Shown here: positions 29,677-39,649 of the stretch, piece after piece | Numbering within the stretch: position 1 is the first letter of the stretch | How the letters are laid out: every line of letters begins with the position of its first letter | IMG/VR virus record: IMGVR_UViG_3300042566_001359 | DNA: 64,000 nt | Origin: a virus | Lineage: Duplodnaviria; Heunggongvirae; Uroviricota; Caudoviricetes; Demerecviridae | Direction: 5' to 3' (one strand) | Made by a program: the position numbers and the translations under genes | Notes under the pieces: model-generated | What the model saw: only the letters and a program-made list of their open reading frames with translations | The model's database searches: none | What the model was told of the DNA's origin: nothing

Positions 29677-31644
29677 TCATTTTATAGGACAGGCTCCCGT
29701 GGCGCACTCTGCATCGGTAATTTCGTCAAAACTGTTGGTGTTATTTAAGTCTACTGTTAAAAGTGTTTTAACGTACTCGTGGTAAGTTTCTTCTGTTACT
29801 ACTTCTTGTGGAAGATATAAGTATCCAAGGTCTTTGGCAGTTTTAGTAGGGTCTGTGCGATAGATAAAACTCACACCCACATAACAATCCCAGTTTAGTA
29901 ACAACCAGTCAATGATCGCAGGAATTTCGCCGGGATCATAACTAATAGTTACTGATGTGTTCTGTTGGTTCCAACTAGTTTGCAATAGTTTGTAACGCTC
30001 CAACTGTACCACAGCTGATTCGATATTAACTTCTTTGCCGTCAACTTTATCAAATGGAACTCCATCCCACATTACTGGAAACGTAACAAGAACTCCAGAA
30101 TCATCAACAGGATGATTAATAACACGGTAACCCGCTTGACGTAGTTTTTCAACCACCGGGTCATGTTTGCTAAACTGAACATTGTTGAAAATGTACTTTC
30201 CTAGTGGTTTGTGTACTCCTTCTGGGCAATCCATGATTTTGCTGAGAGTGCCTGAAGGCTTGATACAAGTTACGTTCTTGGGAGCAGGTAAACCCAGTTC
30301 TAAACTCATACCCACAGCAGCCGATGTGGCAGTACGCTTTAAGTATTCATAGTCATAGCTGCCCATGTCAGGACGCATTGCAATACCAGTTAAGCCTACA
30401 CCGCAAAGTCGTAAGAAATAGTTGTTAAGGTGCCAAGACTCTTGAAGAATGCCGTCCTGAAGGTTAACACACGTTTGTCGGTAGTTGGCACGAGCTGCCA
30501 GTCGTATAGCGTTGTGCAAACCGGCAGTGTCGCCTTTGAACTTGGCAATGTCAGTTTCGGTAAGGTTACAGAAAGCCTTATTACCGAGTAAGATTTCAAC
30601 GCATGGATTGGCTCCCTTAAACCACGGAGCGCGTCTGAGTGCTTCAACTTCATTGATAAATCCTGGTTCACTACCACCGGCTTCAGTCATCATCCCAAAG
30701 ATGCGTTCTAAGTCGGTTTTTAGTGGTTTCTTTTTAAATACTAAACTGTTGTTTGATTGTGTGCGGTGCTGGTTATTATGCAACCACCAGTCTTTTTTGG
30801 CTACTGCGAATTCTTCCCATTCTGGCTGGTCATAGTCAAATAAAGCGATCTCGGCACTACGACGACTAGATAGAATAGTACCCAGGTGGTTAACAATATC
30901 GAGGATATCCATCCGAGTAAGTAAACTATCAGCACGGCCGTTGAGGATATTTGCAATAGCCACGTATGCAGTGGATATAGCACTGTCGCCACTTGAAATC
31001 CATCCATAGCCTTTTAGTCTTTCACCTGCTGGTCGTAGTTGCGAAAAGTCGAGTACGAGCGTATCAGCGGAATATTTTCCAGCCAGTAGTTTGCCAATTG
31101 ACTTTGCCCAGGCTTCTGCACTGTCTCCGATTTGAATTGTCCAGGTTTTGGTGTCTGGTTCCCAGTACTCAACGTTGTGCTCATTGCCACCTTTGGCAGT
31201 GCGTGTGCTTCTAACCACTCGAATGTTCTTGATTGGCTTTGAAAATCCATTTAGCGTTCCTACAATTGGTTTAAATCCAACGCCGCAACCTTGTAGCAAC
31301 AACCATAAGACGTCTACTACGTCATAGATTGTTTCAACGTGTGTAAAGCTGCAATTGAACTGAGATGCTTCACGTGTTTTGGCTACGTTAGTGCCGCCAA
31401 GCCACAGTGTGCGACCACTCATTAGCACTTTGCGATCTAGCATTAGTTGCTCAAGATCATAAAGTTCCGAGTATTCTAGGTCGTTTAAGTCACGACCAAC
31501 TGCCCGCTCCCACAACCACTGTTGGTGGTCAATAACACGTGCAACTGTTTCTGCCCATGTTTCAAATTGTTTTCCGTCGTCTGAGGTAGGGCGGTTGTAT
31601 GTACGACGTGTAATTACTTGTGCTCGTGTTGATGGTAGGTTCAT
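29677..31644 (-). CDS. Ribonucleotide reductase catalytic subunit (class I NrdA-like or class II NrdJ-like; class not resolvable by eye)
   Basis: 655 aa; GANPCVEIL (N-x-C-x-E active site), N-terminal RTYNRP...ETWAETVARV, C-terminal Cys pair CATGACPIK; no nrdB-like ORF within window. Confidence 0.8.
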   Translation of the reverse strand: MNLPSTRAQVITRRTYNRPTSDDGKQFETWAETVARVIDHQQWLWERAVGRDLNDLEYSELYDLEQLMLDRKVLMSGRTLWLGGTNVAKTREASQFNCSFTHVETIYDVVDVLWLLLQGCGVGFKPIVGTLNGFSKPIKNIRVVRSTRTAKGGNEHNVEYWEPDTKTWTIQIGDSAEAWAKSIGKLLAGKYSADTLVLDFSQLRPAGERLKGYGWISSGDSAISTAYVAIANILNGRADSLLTRMDILDIVNHLGTILSSRRSAEIALFDYDQPEWEEFAVAKKDWWLHNNQHRTQSNNSLVFKKKPLKTDLERIFGMMTEAGGSEPGFINEVEALRRAPWFKGANPCVEILLGNKAFCNLTETDIAKFKGDTAGLHNAIRLAARANYRQTCVNLQDGILQESWHLNNYFLRLCGVGLTGIAMRPDMGSYDYEYLKRTATSAAVGMSLELGLPAPKNVTCIKPSGTLSKIMDCPEGVHKPLGKYIFNNVQFSKHDPVVEKLRQAGYRVINHPVDDSGVLVTFPVMWDGVPFDKVDGKEVNIESAVVQLERYKLLQTSWNQQNTSVTISYDPGEIPAIIDWLLLNWDCYVGVSFIYRTDPTKTAKDLGYLYLPQEVVTEETYHEYVKTLLTVDLNNTNSFDEITDAECATGACPIK

Positions 31645-31657
31645 TTATTTCCTTGAT

Positions 31658-32047
31658 TTATTGAGTACAGGGACCTGCTACGAATCCACTCGCATCTGGC
31701 TTGCAGGTAGAATCTAATTTTACACAAGGTCCAACTACAAATCCGTCTGTGCAGTAGTTAATTGTGGGTTGGATAACTGGACTAGGCCCAATTACCACCG
31801 TAGGTGTTAGTGTAACCTGTGGGCCTTTTACCGGACCAATTACAAAAGGCAGTTGAGCTGCTGGACCTGGACCTACTACAGGGATTTCAGGTACTGCAAC
31901 AGTTCCTGATGGACCTAACACAAAAGGTGTGGGCAACTCAGCAATGGCTTTGTCAGACAGCTTTACTGCTTTTGGCAATTCTGGGGTGTTGCCACCGCCA
32001 CAAGCTGTTAGTGTGGCCACTAACAGCATTAATACAAAATGTTTCAT
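31658..32047 (-). CDS. Pro-rich lipoprotein
   Basis: 129 aa; signal peptide with lipobox LTACGG; repeated VxGP motifs. Confidence 0.5.
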   Translation of the reverse strand: MKHFVLMLLVATLTACGGGNTPELPKAVKLSDKAIAELPTPFVLGPSGTVAVPEIPVVGPGPAAQLPFVIGPVKGPQVTLTPTVVIGPSPVIQPTINYCTDGFVVGPCVKLDSTCKPDASGFVAGPCTQ

Positions 32048-32060
32048 AATATTTTCTCAG

Positions 32061-32534
32061 TTATTGTCCGGTACTACCAAAACCGCCAGTACCGCGTTGT
32101 GTGTCATTCCATGCATCACGGAATGTGGGAAGTTCTACTCGCTGCACTACCAGTTGTGCAATTCGGTCTCCAGCCTCAATCGCATAAGGGTCTTCCGAAA
32201 TATTTTTTAGCAAAACTTTTAAATTTCCACGATAGTCAGCATCTATTACGCCAACACTATGTGGGATTGTAATCCCACGTTTCCCTTGCGAGCTCCTGTT
32301 ATAAATAAAGCCTGCGAACCCTTGTGGAATTTTGACCGCTACTCCTGTATCCACAAGTTTTTGTTCGCCGGGATAAATTTCATGTGCTTCAAGTGCAAAC
32401 AAATCTGCACCAGCGTCATTGGGATGTGCACGTTGTGGTAGTTTTGCGCCTGGCTGTAGTTGGCAGTCAATTGTGGGTTCTGTGATGCAGTTGCTGCTGC
32501 TGCTGCCGCTGCTAATATAAAATTGGTTACTCAT
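32061..32534 (-). CDS. dut: dUTP pyrophosphatase
   Basis: AGADL, GVIDADYRG, GDRIAQL and RGTGGFGSTG motifs (dUTPase motifs I-V). Confidence 0.9.
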   Translation of the reverse strand: MSNQFYISSGSSSSNCITEPTIDCQLQPGAKLPQRAHPNDAGADLFALEAHEIYPGEQKLVDTGVAVKIPQGFAGFIYNRSSQGKRGITIPHSVGVIDADYRGNLKVLLKNISEDPYAIEAGDRIAQLVVQRVELPTFRDAWNDTQRGTGGFGSTGQ

Positions 32535-33376
32535 TGTAGGTAAAGTTCTAAGATTTGGTCGATTTGTTTGATGTTGGGGTCACCAATGGCTTCACGGCAG
32601 TGTGTTACCAAGTCCATTAGCTGGTAGTTAAGCATTAGTGTGTCTTTGCACTTGTTTAGCTCTTGAATATACTTGTACTTGCCTGGTAGTGGAATACTTG
32701 CGATAATGTCGTAAGTGCTGCCATACTCAGCCACAAGTGAAACTGCTCGTTTAGGCCCAATACCAGGGACACCAGCAACATTGTCGCCGCTGTCACCTGT
32801 AAGGCACTTAATACTAATGTAATCTTCAGGATTGAATTCATAGTGGTCATTCCAGTTGTCAAGGGTAACTTCTTTGCGTGTAACGTAACTGAATCGACTG
32901 ACGCCGGGTTGTACTAGCAAATCCCAGTCACGGTCTGAACTGATAAGCCAGATATCGTCTGTGCTAAGCTTAGACTTTTGTGATACAATATAAGCAGCAA
33001 TGTCGTCGGCTTCTACGCCTTGAAACTTTAGCACTGGATAGCTGGTTGTGGTTTCGATAGTGGCAATAGTTGCTAAAAAGTCTTCAAAGAACAGTTCAAA
33101 AGCTGCACGTTCTGCATCTGTTTGCTGTTCTTGTTTGTCTTTGCGGTTTTGCTTGTACTCAGGACTAAGTGCTTTGCGATAACTAGAACTACCTTGGTCA
33201 CATGTAATGATAACGTGCGATGCTTTATAGGACTTTTTTAAGCTGTCTACTGTGCGAATGTAATCAGTGGCAAAATCTGTGGCTCCACTATGCTTGTAGC
33301 GAAATGCCAAGTTTAAGGCATCAACAACCAGCAGCGTGTTGTTTGATTCTGTGGCTTTTTTAAATGTAATACTCAT
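32531..33376 (-). CDS. Flap endonuclease / 5'-3' exonuclease (RNase H-like)
   Basis: N-terminal LLVVDALNLAFRY PIN-like motif; H3TH motif GDSGDNVAGVPGIGPKRAVSLV. Confidence 0.9.
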   Translation of the reverse strand: MSITFKKATESNNTLLVVDALNLAFRYKHSGATDFATDYIRTVDSLKKSYKASHVIITCDQGSSSYRKALSPEYKQNRKDKQEQQTDAERAAFELFFEDFLATIATIETTTSYPVLKFQGVEADDIAAYIVSQKSKLSTDDIWLISSDRDWDLLVQPGVSRFSYVTRKEVTLDNWNDHYEFNPEDYISIKCLTGDSGDNVAGVPGIGPKRAVSLVAEYGSTYDIIASIPLPGKYKYIQELNKCKDTLMLNYQLMDLVTHCREAIGDPNIKQIDQILELYLQ

Positions 33377-33427
33377 GGTGTATTCTTTGTGGTTAAGTGT
33401 ATATTATACACTAAAAACCAAAGTATT

Positions 33428-33886
33428 TCAAGTTACAAATTCTGGATGCTCATGCTGCAACCAATCTTCTAGGAGTGCTATATAGAACTCATGGCTTTCA
33501 TGATTGTAGTAAATGCAGCGATAAGCATCGCTGTTTGGCATATCTTCAAAAGCCACAAAAATCTTTGAGCGATTAAACTTAAATATTAACAGTGGCTTTT
33601 TACTAACTTGCTGGCCTTGACGTATGGTTTGCTGCCAAAATTCCACTAGTTGCGGAGTTTTTGAGGTAAGCAGCTGTGAAGTAAGATGGTCTTCGGCATA
33701 GCCTTTTACTTCCACGCACCATAAGTTAGTGCGTCCTGGAACGTATAAGTCGCCTTTTAGCAAATGCTTGGGGTCTAGGGCACCACTTCCAGGTATTCGC
33801 TCCCACCCTAAACCGGTGTGTTTACGCAAGAGGTCACGCGCCACAGTTTCTGTGCGCGCACCTTTTGCTCGGGCATCAACGACCAT
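33428..33886 (-). CDS. Putative PD-(D/E)XK-type nuclease (possible junction-resolving enzyme)
   Basis: GDLYVPGRTNLWCVEVKGY resembles D...E-x-K core; basic N-terminus; placement beside recombination genes. Confidence 0.4.
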   Translation of the reverse strand: MVVDARAKGARTETVARDLLRKHTGLGWERIPGSGALDPKHLLKGDLYVPGRTNLWCVEVKGYAEDHLTSQLLTSKTPQLVEFWQQTIRQGQQVSKKPLLIFKFNRSKIFVAFEDMPNSDAYRCIYYNHESHEFYIALLEDWLQHEHPEFVT

Positions 33887-34185
33887 TACGCTTGCGTCGC
33901 ACTGGCAGTTTTACGTGCAGGTTGTACGATGGGCTTGGCAACCTTGGCGGCAGCCACAGGTTCAGCGGCTGGGGCTGTGTCAACCATTGGCTCAGGGGCG
34001 GGGACTGATCGAAAGTCAACAGTCTTAACCTCCAGTTCGTCTACGCTGTAGGTAACTGTGCCACTTTCAGCAGTTAAGCTGGCCAGTTCCTCTGCGGTAA
34101 CCGTCATGTTTAGTGTTACTGGTTGGCGCACACCATTTCGCATAATGGTTGGTTTAACCGCAGTGCTTCGTTCAATTTTAATCAT
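33886..34185 (-). CDS. Hypothetical protein (start moved to internal Met to avoid overlap with sbcC)
   Basis: ORF 33886..34227 in track. Confidence 0.4.
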   Translation of the reverse strand: MIKIERSTAVKPTIMRNGVRQPVTLNMTVTAEELASLTAESGTVTYSVDELEVKTVDFRSVPAPEPMVDTAPAAEPVAAAKVAKPIVQPARKTASATQA

Positions 34186-34186
34186 A

Positions 34187-36025
34187 TTATACCTCGATTT
34201 GTGATATGTTGTTGTGTTTGACAACATTTACCTTTTCTAGTAAGGGATGTGTAAATCCATGCGATACCAAAAAGGTGTTTAGGTGTTCTTCGCCTAGTAG
34301 AACTTCTACTAGTCGTTCTTTGCCATCCACATCCAGTGCCTCAACTGTTTCGTCCAAGATCAACAAGTTAATTCTGCTTGAACTTAGGGTCTGCATTAGT
34401 TTGCGAATAGCTAACAATGTGGCTACGTTAACTCTGGCACGTTCACCACCGCTTAGTGCCAGTATTTCAATATCACGACCATTGTCTGTGATAACCACAT
34501 TTAGTTTATCACTAGCCGAAATTTTAAAACCAATTTGAAAACGACCGTCTGACAAGTCAACCAAGTAGCTGTTTGTGATTTCTTCTAGGTCTTTGACCAA
34601 GCACTCAATTTTGTAAGCCACTAAGCCAGTGGTTGAAAACGTTTTTGTTAGCACGTTAACAGTACTCATGCGCTCTGATAGCTCGTGTAAGTTTGTGCTG
34701 TAGGTTTCCAACTCACTATTCATTTCAGTGATCTGAGTGCTCAATGACTCCACACGCGCATTGTGTGCACTAGCAGCCAAGTTGTGCTTTTCGGCTTGTG
34801 CAATCGCAGTTTTTAAGTTGCTGATTGCAGTTTGCAGTGCTTGAAACTTTGAATCCAGTTCGTTTTTGTCTAACAAGTCTGTGCTGATTTCTGGGTCAAT
34901 AAGTGCATGGTACTTTTCCCATTCTTCACTGGACTTGTTTGCGTTTTCCCAGGTTTGAGTACGTTTGACGATATCTGCACGTAGTGCGTCTAGTTCACGA
35001 ATACGTGCTGTTAGTGCCATATTGCTGGTTTGTGCAAAGTCTTGAATTTTTTCTTGCTCAGCTACTAGTTCAGCAATCTTGGCTTCATCAATCTCTTGTA
35101 AACAAGTCGGGCACGTTCCGTGCAGTGCAGCAATCTTTTTAACAAATGCTTGCGAATCACGAATTGTTTTTGAATGCTCAACTACTTGTTTGTCTAGCTG
35201 AGTGCTTTCGGTAACCAATGGACGCACATCTTCACTGGGCTTTTCAGGAATTGGAAACAGCTTGATTTTTGACTGTAGCTGGCGATAAGTGTTGTTTTGC
35301 GTGATACGTTTATTAATAGCTTCTAAGCTACCAATTTGCGTTTCAAGCTCAGCACTACCAGTTACCAGTTCATCTGGAACTGTGGGAACTGCTTGCAGCG
35401 GTTTAGGTAACAGGTTTGTGTTGGCATACTTGGTTAACCAAGCATTAACAGTGTCTACTTGAGCCTGCACTTTGGCAATATCACGGCTTAGCTCTTGAGC
35501 AGTTTCCTTAAAAACTTCTTGTGCTTGAGTATACTTGCCCAAGTTCAAGATTTCAATTAAGAACTTTTTACGTGCTGTGTCAGGTGCAGTTAAAAACTCT
35601 AGACTACCAGCATTTGACTGATACACAATCTGACTAAAGCTCTTGTGATCAAATCCCAAGATTTCTTCAATGGCTTTGTAAGTTTGTGTGCTGGTGTGTG
35701 CACTAATGTCTGTGCTACCACGAAACAGCTTAACGGTTTGAGTACTACCACGACGTGTGTTGATTGTGTACTCTGTGCCGTCTTTTTCAAACACCAGCGA
35801 GATTTCGTAGTGTTTGCTGTCAACATAGCGATTGATAATATCGGCTTTTTTAATTGACTTTGAATTCTTGTTGAACAGGACTTCTTCTAGGATAAGTGCA
35901 ATAGAACTTTTACCGTGGCCGTTTTTGCCTACCAGCTGCGTTAGCTGTGCATTGGAAAAATCAATAGAATTGTCCGCGCCGTAACTGAAAGCATTAGACC
36001 ATGCTAGTGTTTTTATTGTTATCAT
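34187..36025 (-). CDS. sbcC: SbcC/Rad50-like recombination ATPase
   Basis: Walker A GKNGHGKSS, central coiled coil with CPTC zinc-hook, C-terminal LSGGERARVNVATLLAI signature and LLILDE Walker B. Confidence 0.85.
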   Translation of the reverse strand: MITIKTLAWSNAFSYGADNSIDFSNAQLTQLVGKNGHGKSSIALILEEVLFNKNSKSIKKADIINRYVDSKHYEISLVFEKDGTEYTINTRRGSTQTVKLFRGSTDISAHTSTQTYKAIEEILGFDHKSFSQIVYQSNAGSLEFLTAPDTARKKFLIEILNLGKYTQAQEVFKETAQELSRDIAKVQAQVDTVNAWLTKYANTNLLPKPLQAVPTVPDELVTGSAELETQIGSLEAINKRITQNNTYRQLQSKIKLFPIPEKPSEDVRPLVTESTQLDKQVVEHSKTIRDSQAFVKKIAALHGTCPTCLQEIDEAKIAELVAEQEKIQDFAQTSNMALTARIRELDALRADIVKRTQTWENANKSSEEWEKYHALIDPEISTDLLDKNELDSKFQALQTAISNLKTAIAQAEKHNLAASAHNARVESLSTQITEMNSELETYSTNLHELSERMSTVNVLTKTFSTTGLVAYKIECLVKDLEEITNSYLVDLSDGRFQIGFKISASDKLNVVITDNGRDIEILALSGGERARVNVATLLAIRKLMQTLSSSRINLLILDETVEALDVDGKERLVEVLLGEEHLNTFLVSHGFTHPLLEKVNVVKHNNISQIEV

Positions 36026-36269
36026 GTGCGAGTTTTCGTTTTAGTTCTTGTAAGCCACCAACATACACACCATCTACAAAAATTTGTGGAACACTGCGTG
36101 CTTGTGGAACTAGCTCAATTAAGTCTTTTTTAGTGTAGCCGTTAATACCCAACATACGTTCTTCGATTGCAATACCATGTAAGTCCAGCAGTCGCTTGGC
36201 TTCGGTGCAGGCAGGGCAGTTTGTTTGTGACCATACTTGCGCTGATTTAGGTGAGTTTTTCTGCATGAT
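35994..36269 (-). CDS. Glutaredoxin / NrdH-like redoxin
   Basis: CPAC active-site motif, VPQIFVDGVYVGG glutaredoxin fold motif. Confidence 0.7.
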   Translation of the reverse strand: MMQKNSPKSAQVWSQTNCPACTEAKRLLDLHGIAIEERMLGINGYTKKDLIELVPQARSVPQIFVDGVYVGGLQELKRKLAHDNNKNTSMV

Positions 36270-37203
36270 TTTGCATCTCCTTGAGAACCTTGTCAATTGT
36301 GGGTTCTGGTAATTCTAAGATATAAGTTAAGTATTCGCGAACTTCTGCATCCAGCGACATTTCAGGGTCTAGGATTAGTGCACTATCAGTATCACGTTTG
36401 AGAACTTTTGAAGAAATAAGCTCACTATCGGCTAATTCTCCAAGCTCTTGCATGTCGCCTTGGACTTCGTACATGGTATGATCAAAGTCTGTGGGAACTG
36501 GCGTTTCGTCTGCGGCAATTGTTCGCTTAATGAGTTGCGGCAAGTTGAATTTAAGCCACTGATGTTCCAAGCTACTAGCATCAAGCAGAATAGCACCGGT
36601 ATCAACCCTGGAACGATGAAAGCTAGTAGTATAAGGGCTACCAGGGTAAAGAATATTTCTTTGAGAGTTTTCATAACTGTGTAGGTCACCGGCTAAGACA
36701 ACCTGCCAGCTGGCAAATATGTCCAAGTCTACTTCTGGTTTAACGTGTGGTGGAATCTCGCCACGAACGTGTGTGCAAAGAATACGGCCCACAAAAGCTC
36801 TGCCATTCTTTTCGTAATCTTTTAGCTTGTTGTAGGGAATAATGTCAATGTCAAAGCCGCAATTTTGGTAGTAATCGTCAATTACACTTACCAGTGGGTT
36901 TAAGCGATGTGTGGACCTTTTTAGGTTTGTTAAAAATGTTGTGTCTTTTTTCAACATTTCGTGGTTGCCTGGATAGATCAGTGTGGGCTTTGTAAATGAC
37001 TCCACAAAGTCAAAGTAGAGTTCTACTTCGTCCATGGTTGGTAGTCTGTCAAACACGTCACCACCTATGATTACCAAGTCTGCTGATTCTTGCATTTCTG
37101 CAAACTGCTCAACAAACATTTTGAAGCGATTTTTAGCCCAGGCAACTGGAACATTCTTTTGACCCAGCTTGATGTGTACGTCTGCTGTAAAGAGTATTTT
37201 CAT
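36247..37203 (-). CDS. sbcD: SbcD/Mre11-like nuclease
   Basis: DVHIK, GGDVFDR, GNHE calcineurin-like phosphoesterase motifs. Confidence 0.85.
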   Translation of the reverse strand: MKILFTADVHIKLGQKNVPVAWAKNRFKMFVEQFAEMQESADLVIIGGDVFDRLPTMDEVELYFDFVESFTKPTLIYPGNHEMLKKDTTFLTNLKRSTHRLNPLVSVIDDYYQNCGFDIDIIPYNKLKDYEKNGRAFVGRILCTHVRGEIPPHVKPEVDLDIFASWQVVLAGDLHSYENSQRNILYPGSPYTTSFHRSRVDTGAILLDASSLEHQWLKFNLPQLIKRTIAADETPVPTDFDHTMYEVQGDMQELGELADSELISSKVLKRDTDSALILDPEMSLDAEVREYLTYILELPEPTIDKVLKEMQNHAEKLT

Positions 37204-37209
37204 ATTATA

Positions 37210-37252
37210 CGAGACAAAATAGCCCGCTAAGCTTTTAAGTTTAGCGGGCTAT
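37210..37252 (-). terminator. Rho-independent terminator
   Basis: TAGCCCGCTAAGCTTTTAAGTTTAGCGGGCTA hairpin followed by U-run on minus strand. Confidence 0.7.
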
Positions 37253-37259
37253 GTGTTGT

Positions 37260-37901
37260 TTAACCTAGTTCTTTAACAGCTTCTTGAGCAGCGTCATCGC
37301 CTGCGTCGCCGTCGTCAGTGTTTGTGGTAATTTTTATCAGGGTTGCTAGTACTTCGGCTTCAGTTGGACGTGGGTACTTTTCGTCAATGGACTTGGCTTC
37401 GTCAGCCACAGCACGTTCAGCATCAGTTAGCTTGCGTGGCTTGCAACGTAACACACTTAGATCATAGCTGATGTTAAAAGCCAGTGGGCCTGTTTTGGTA
37501 CGCTTGAACACAACATCCCAGCCGGTGTCTGGATCGGTTGGGTCACCCAAGTCTTCGGCTGCACTTACAATTTGCTCAAACAGTTTCTTTTTCAAGTTAA
37601 GTGCTTTGACTTTGCCGTCTTTGGGGTCAATACAGTTAACTGTGTACGACCATGAGCACTTCAAGTCTGGAAAGTAGGTAGGAACGTGATCGACTTCCAG
37701 ATTGTCGAATTTTTCTTTGTCACGGCTAAAAGCCAAGCATTCAACTGGAATGTCTTTGTTGTTTGCACCCTTCAACCAGTAAATATAACGGGGCAATACG
37801 CCACCAATCAATCTGACTGTGTTTTCGCCGTCTTTGTACTCAAAAGCCTCAACTTTGTTGGAAATTGCTTTGCCTTTGGTGTTTTTAAATGAAATTGCCA
37901 T
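37260..37901 (-). CDS. Hypothetical protein with acidic C-terminal tail (possible ssDNA-binding protein)
   Basis: 213 aa; C-terminus TDDGDAGDDAAQEAV; position between recombination and helicase genes. Confidence 0.5.
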   Translation of the reverse strand: MAISFKNTKGKAISNKVEAFEYKDGENTVRLIGGVLPRYIYWLKGANNKDIPVECLAFSRDKEKFDNLEVDHVPTYFPDLKCSWSYTVNCIDPKDGKVKALNLKKKLFEQIVSAAEDLGDPTDPDTGWDVVFKRTKTGPLAFNISYDLSVLRCKPRKLTDAERAVADEAKSIDEKYPRPTEAEVLATLIKITTNTDDGDAGDDAAQEAVKELG

Positions 37902-37904
37902 TGT

Positions 37905-38279
37905 TTAATTCTCGTATTTGAAATATATTTTGTTTTGTGTTATTTTGAGCAGGGGATTGTGTGCAAGTGTATCTAAGTCTAGGTCTTTGAAATAACTCAA
38001 GTCTAAATGGGTAACTTTGTACAATTTGTACAAGCTATAATCGCGTCTTCCTGCTAGTCGAATATATTGTGCTTTAAAAGCTATATCCGTGGTGTCATCA
38101 AAAAGTGAAGCGGCGTCTAGTAAAAAACTGTGTCCGACAAGGTTGCGGTAATTATTTGTGTCGCGATGGTTTTTCGGTATTAGTTTTTTGCCAGAATGCC
38201 GTTCCAACATTTGTAGCATTAATTTAGGGTCACAGTTGGTTTCAGACTCCAGTAGTTCTAAGTTGAAGAATAAGGCCAT
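37905..38279 (-). CDS. Hypothetical protein
   Basis: 124-aa ORF preceded by conserved promoter. Confidence 0.5.
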   Translation of the reverse strand: MALFFNLELLESETNCDPKLMLQMLERHSGKKLIPKNHRDTNNYRNLVGHSFLLDAASLFDDTTDIAFKAQYIRLAGRRDYSLYKLYKVTHLDLSYFKDLDLDTLAHNPLLKITQNKIYFKYEN

Positions 38280-38298
38280 AATGTGTTGCTAAGACTAT

Positions 38299-38327
38299 AT
38301 TATACTACATTGACCAACGTTTGACAA
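38299..38327 (-). promoter_or_regulatory. Sigma70-type promoter (TTGTCA-N17-TATAATATAGTCT)
   Basis: minus-strand reading TACACTTGTCAAACGTTGGTCAATGTAGTATAATATAGTCT; same architecture and near-identical flanks at 46779..46807. Confidence 0.6.
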
Positions 38328-38338
38328 GTGTAAATTTA

Positions 38339-39649
38339 TCATACCGTTATTACCTGCCAGCCTTTACGTAAGTAAAGCGCAAGTCTGTCATTGTTTTGTT
38401 TTTTATCAGCATAGCCAGCAAAGTTAATGTCCACTACTAGTGGATTTAGTTTACCGTCATGCATACGCTGTACCCTGCCCACAATTTGCTCTAGCAAACT
38501 ATCGTTGCTCATTGGGGCGGCAAGAATCACACAGCTAAGCGAGTTAATAGATATGCCTTCTGAGAAGATTTGCCTACTACCCGCAATGGCACGCTTTTCT
38601 CCACTAAGCACTTGCTGCTTAACAAGTTGTCGTTCTTCGTATTCGGTATCGCCTGTAACAACCGCGCAATCTTCACCAATGTATTCCTTTACTTTGTGTA
38701 GAAATTCTACTCTGTCTGCAATAACCAACACACTGTGGCCTTCTTGAATATGCATGAGTGCTAGTGCAGCTATAAACTCACGATACTTTTCTGACTCCAA
38801 CAGTTCCGATACTTTCTCCACCCAGGTTACTCCTGGCTTGAGTGTAATGCCACTTTTAACAATGTGTACTGTGGGTGTTAGCGTATGTGATTGTGGCGGC
38901 TTATAGACTAGTGGTCCAAAGTAATCGCCGAATAAAATGTGCTTGCCGTCTTTGCGAATCATTGTGCCCGATAGGGCGATTCTGTAACGTGCATGGAAAG
39001 CGTCCACTGTTTGTGCAAATGTAGTGGCAGGACAGTGGTGCGCTTCGTCCAAGATAATACACCCAAACTCCTTAGCCAAATCACCAGCATGCTTAACAAG
39101 GGTTTGTATGTTGGCGACCGTGATAAAGTGGTCGGCGTAGTCCACTCGTCCACCACCAATAACGCCGGGTTCTTGCCCAAATAACACGGCGATTTCTTCA
39201 CACCACTGGTCTCGGAGTGCGGCAGTGTGGGTAATAACAAGAGTTTTTTGGGCAAACTTGTGTGCAAGGTGTAAGGCTGTAAAAGTCTTTCCCCATCCCA
39301 CAAGGGCATTGATAAAACAGGTGTCGTCGATTGGGTCATAAACCACTTGCTGCTCGGGTCGTAAACCAAATTTAGGCGTTGGAAAAGGTACTGCCTCAAG
39401 CACTCGTTTATCAATGATTTCATAATCTTCGGGCACTAAGTCTAAGCGGCCTTGTGGGATACTTAGAATACCTTTGGGCAATACTTTGTAGTTTTTGATA
39501 GTTTCTATGGGACTAAACTTTTTAGCACCAGTGTCTTTTTTGATTTTGTAGGTAAGTGCACTAATAACCCGCTTGGTATGTTCTACACCAGGGTTATCCA
39601 TGTAAATACGGTTTGATATTACTGCTTTAGGCATTAGACCATTCTCCAA
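38339..39649 (-). CDS. Superfamily-2 DNA helicase (DEAH box)
   Basis: Walker A GWGKTFTA, DEAH ILDEAHH, C-terminal helicase domain motifs. Confidence 0.8.
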   Translation of the reverse strand: MENGLMPKAVISNRIYMDNPGVEHTKRVISALTYKIKKDTGAKKFSPIETIKNYKVLPKGILSIPQGRLDLVPEDYEIIDKRVLEAVPFPTPKFGLRPEQQVVYDPIDDTCFINALVGWGKTFTALHLAHKFAQKTLVITHTAALRDQWCEEIAVLFGQEPGVIGGGRVDYADHFITVANIQTLVKHAGDLAKEFGCIILDEAHHCPATTFAQTVDAFHARYRIALSGTMIRKDGKHILFGDYFGPLVYKPPQSHTLTPTVHIVKSGITLKPGVTWVEKVSELLESEKYREFIAALALMHIQEGHSVLVIADRVEFLHKVKEYIGEDCAVVTGDTEYEERQLVKQQVLSGEKRAIAGSRQIFSEGISINSLSCVILAAPMSNDSLLEQIVGRVQRMHDGKLNPLVVDINFAGYADKKQNNDRLALYLRKGWQVITV

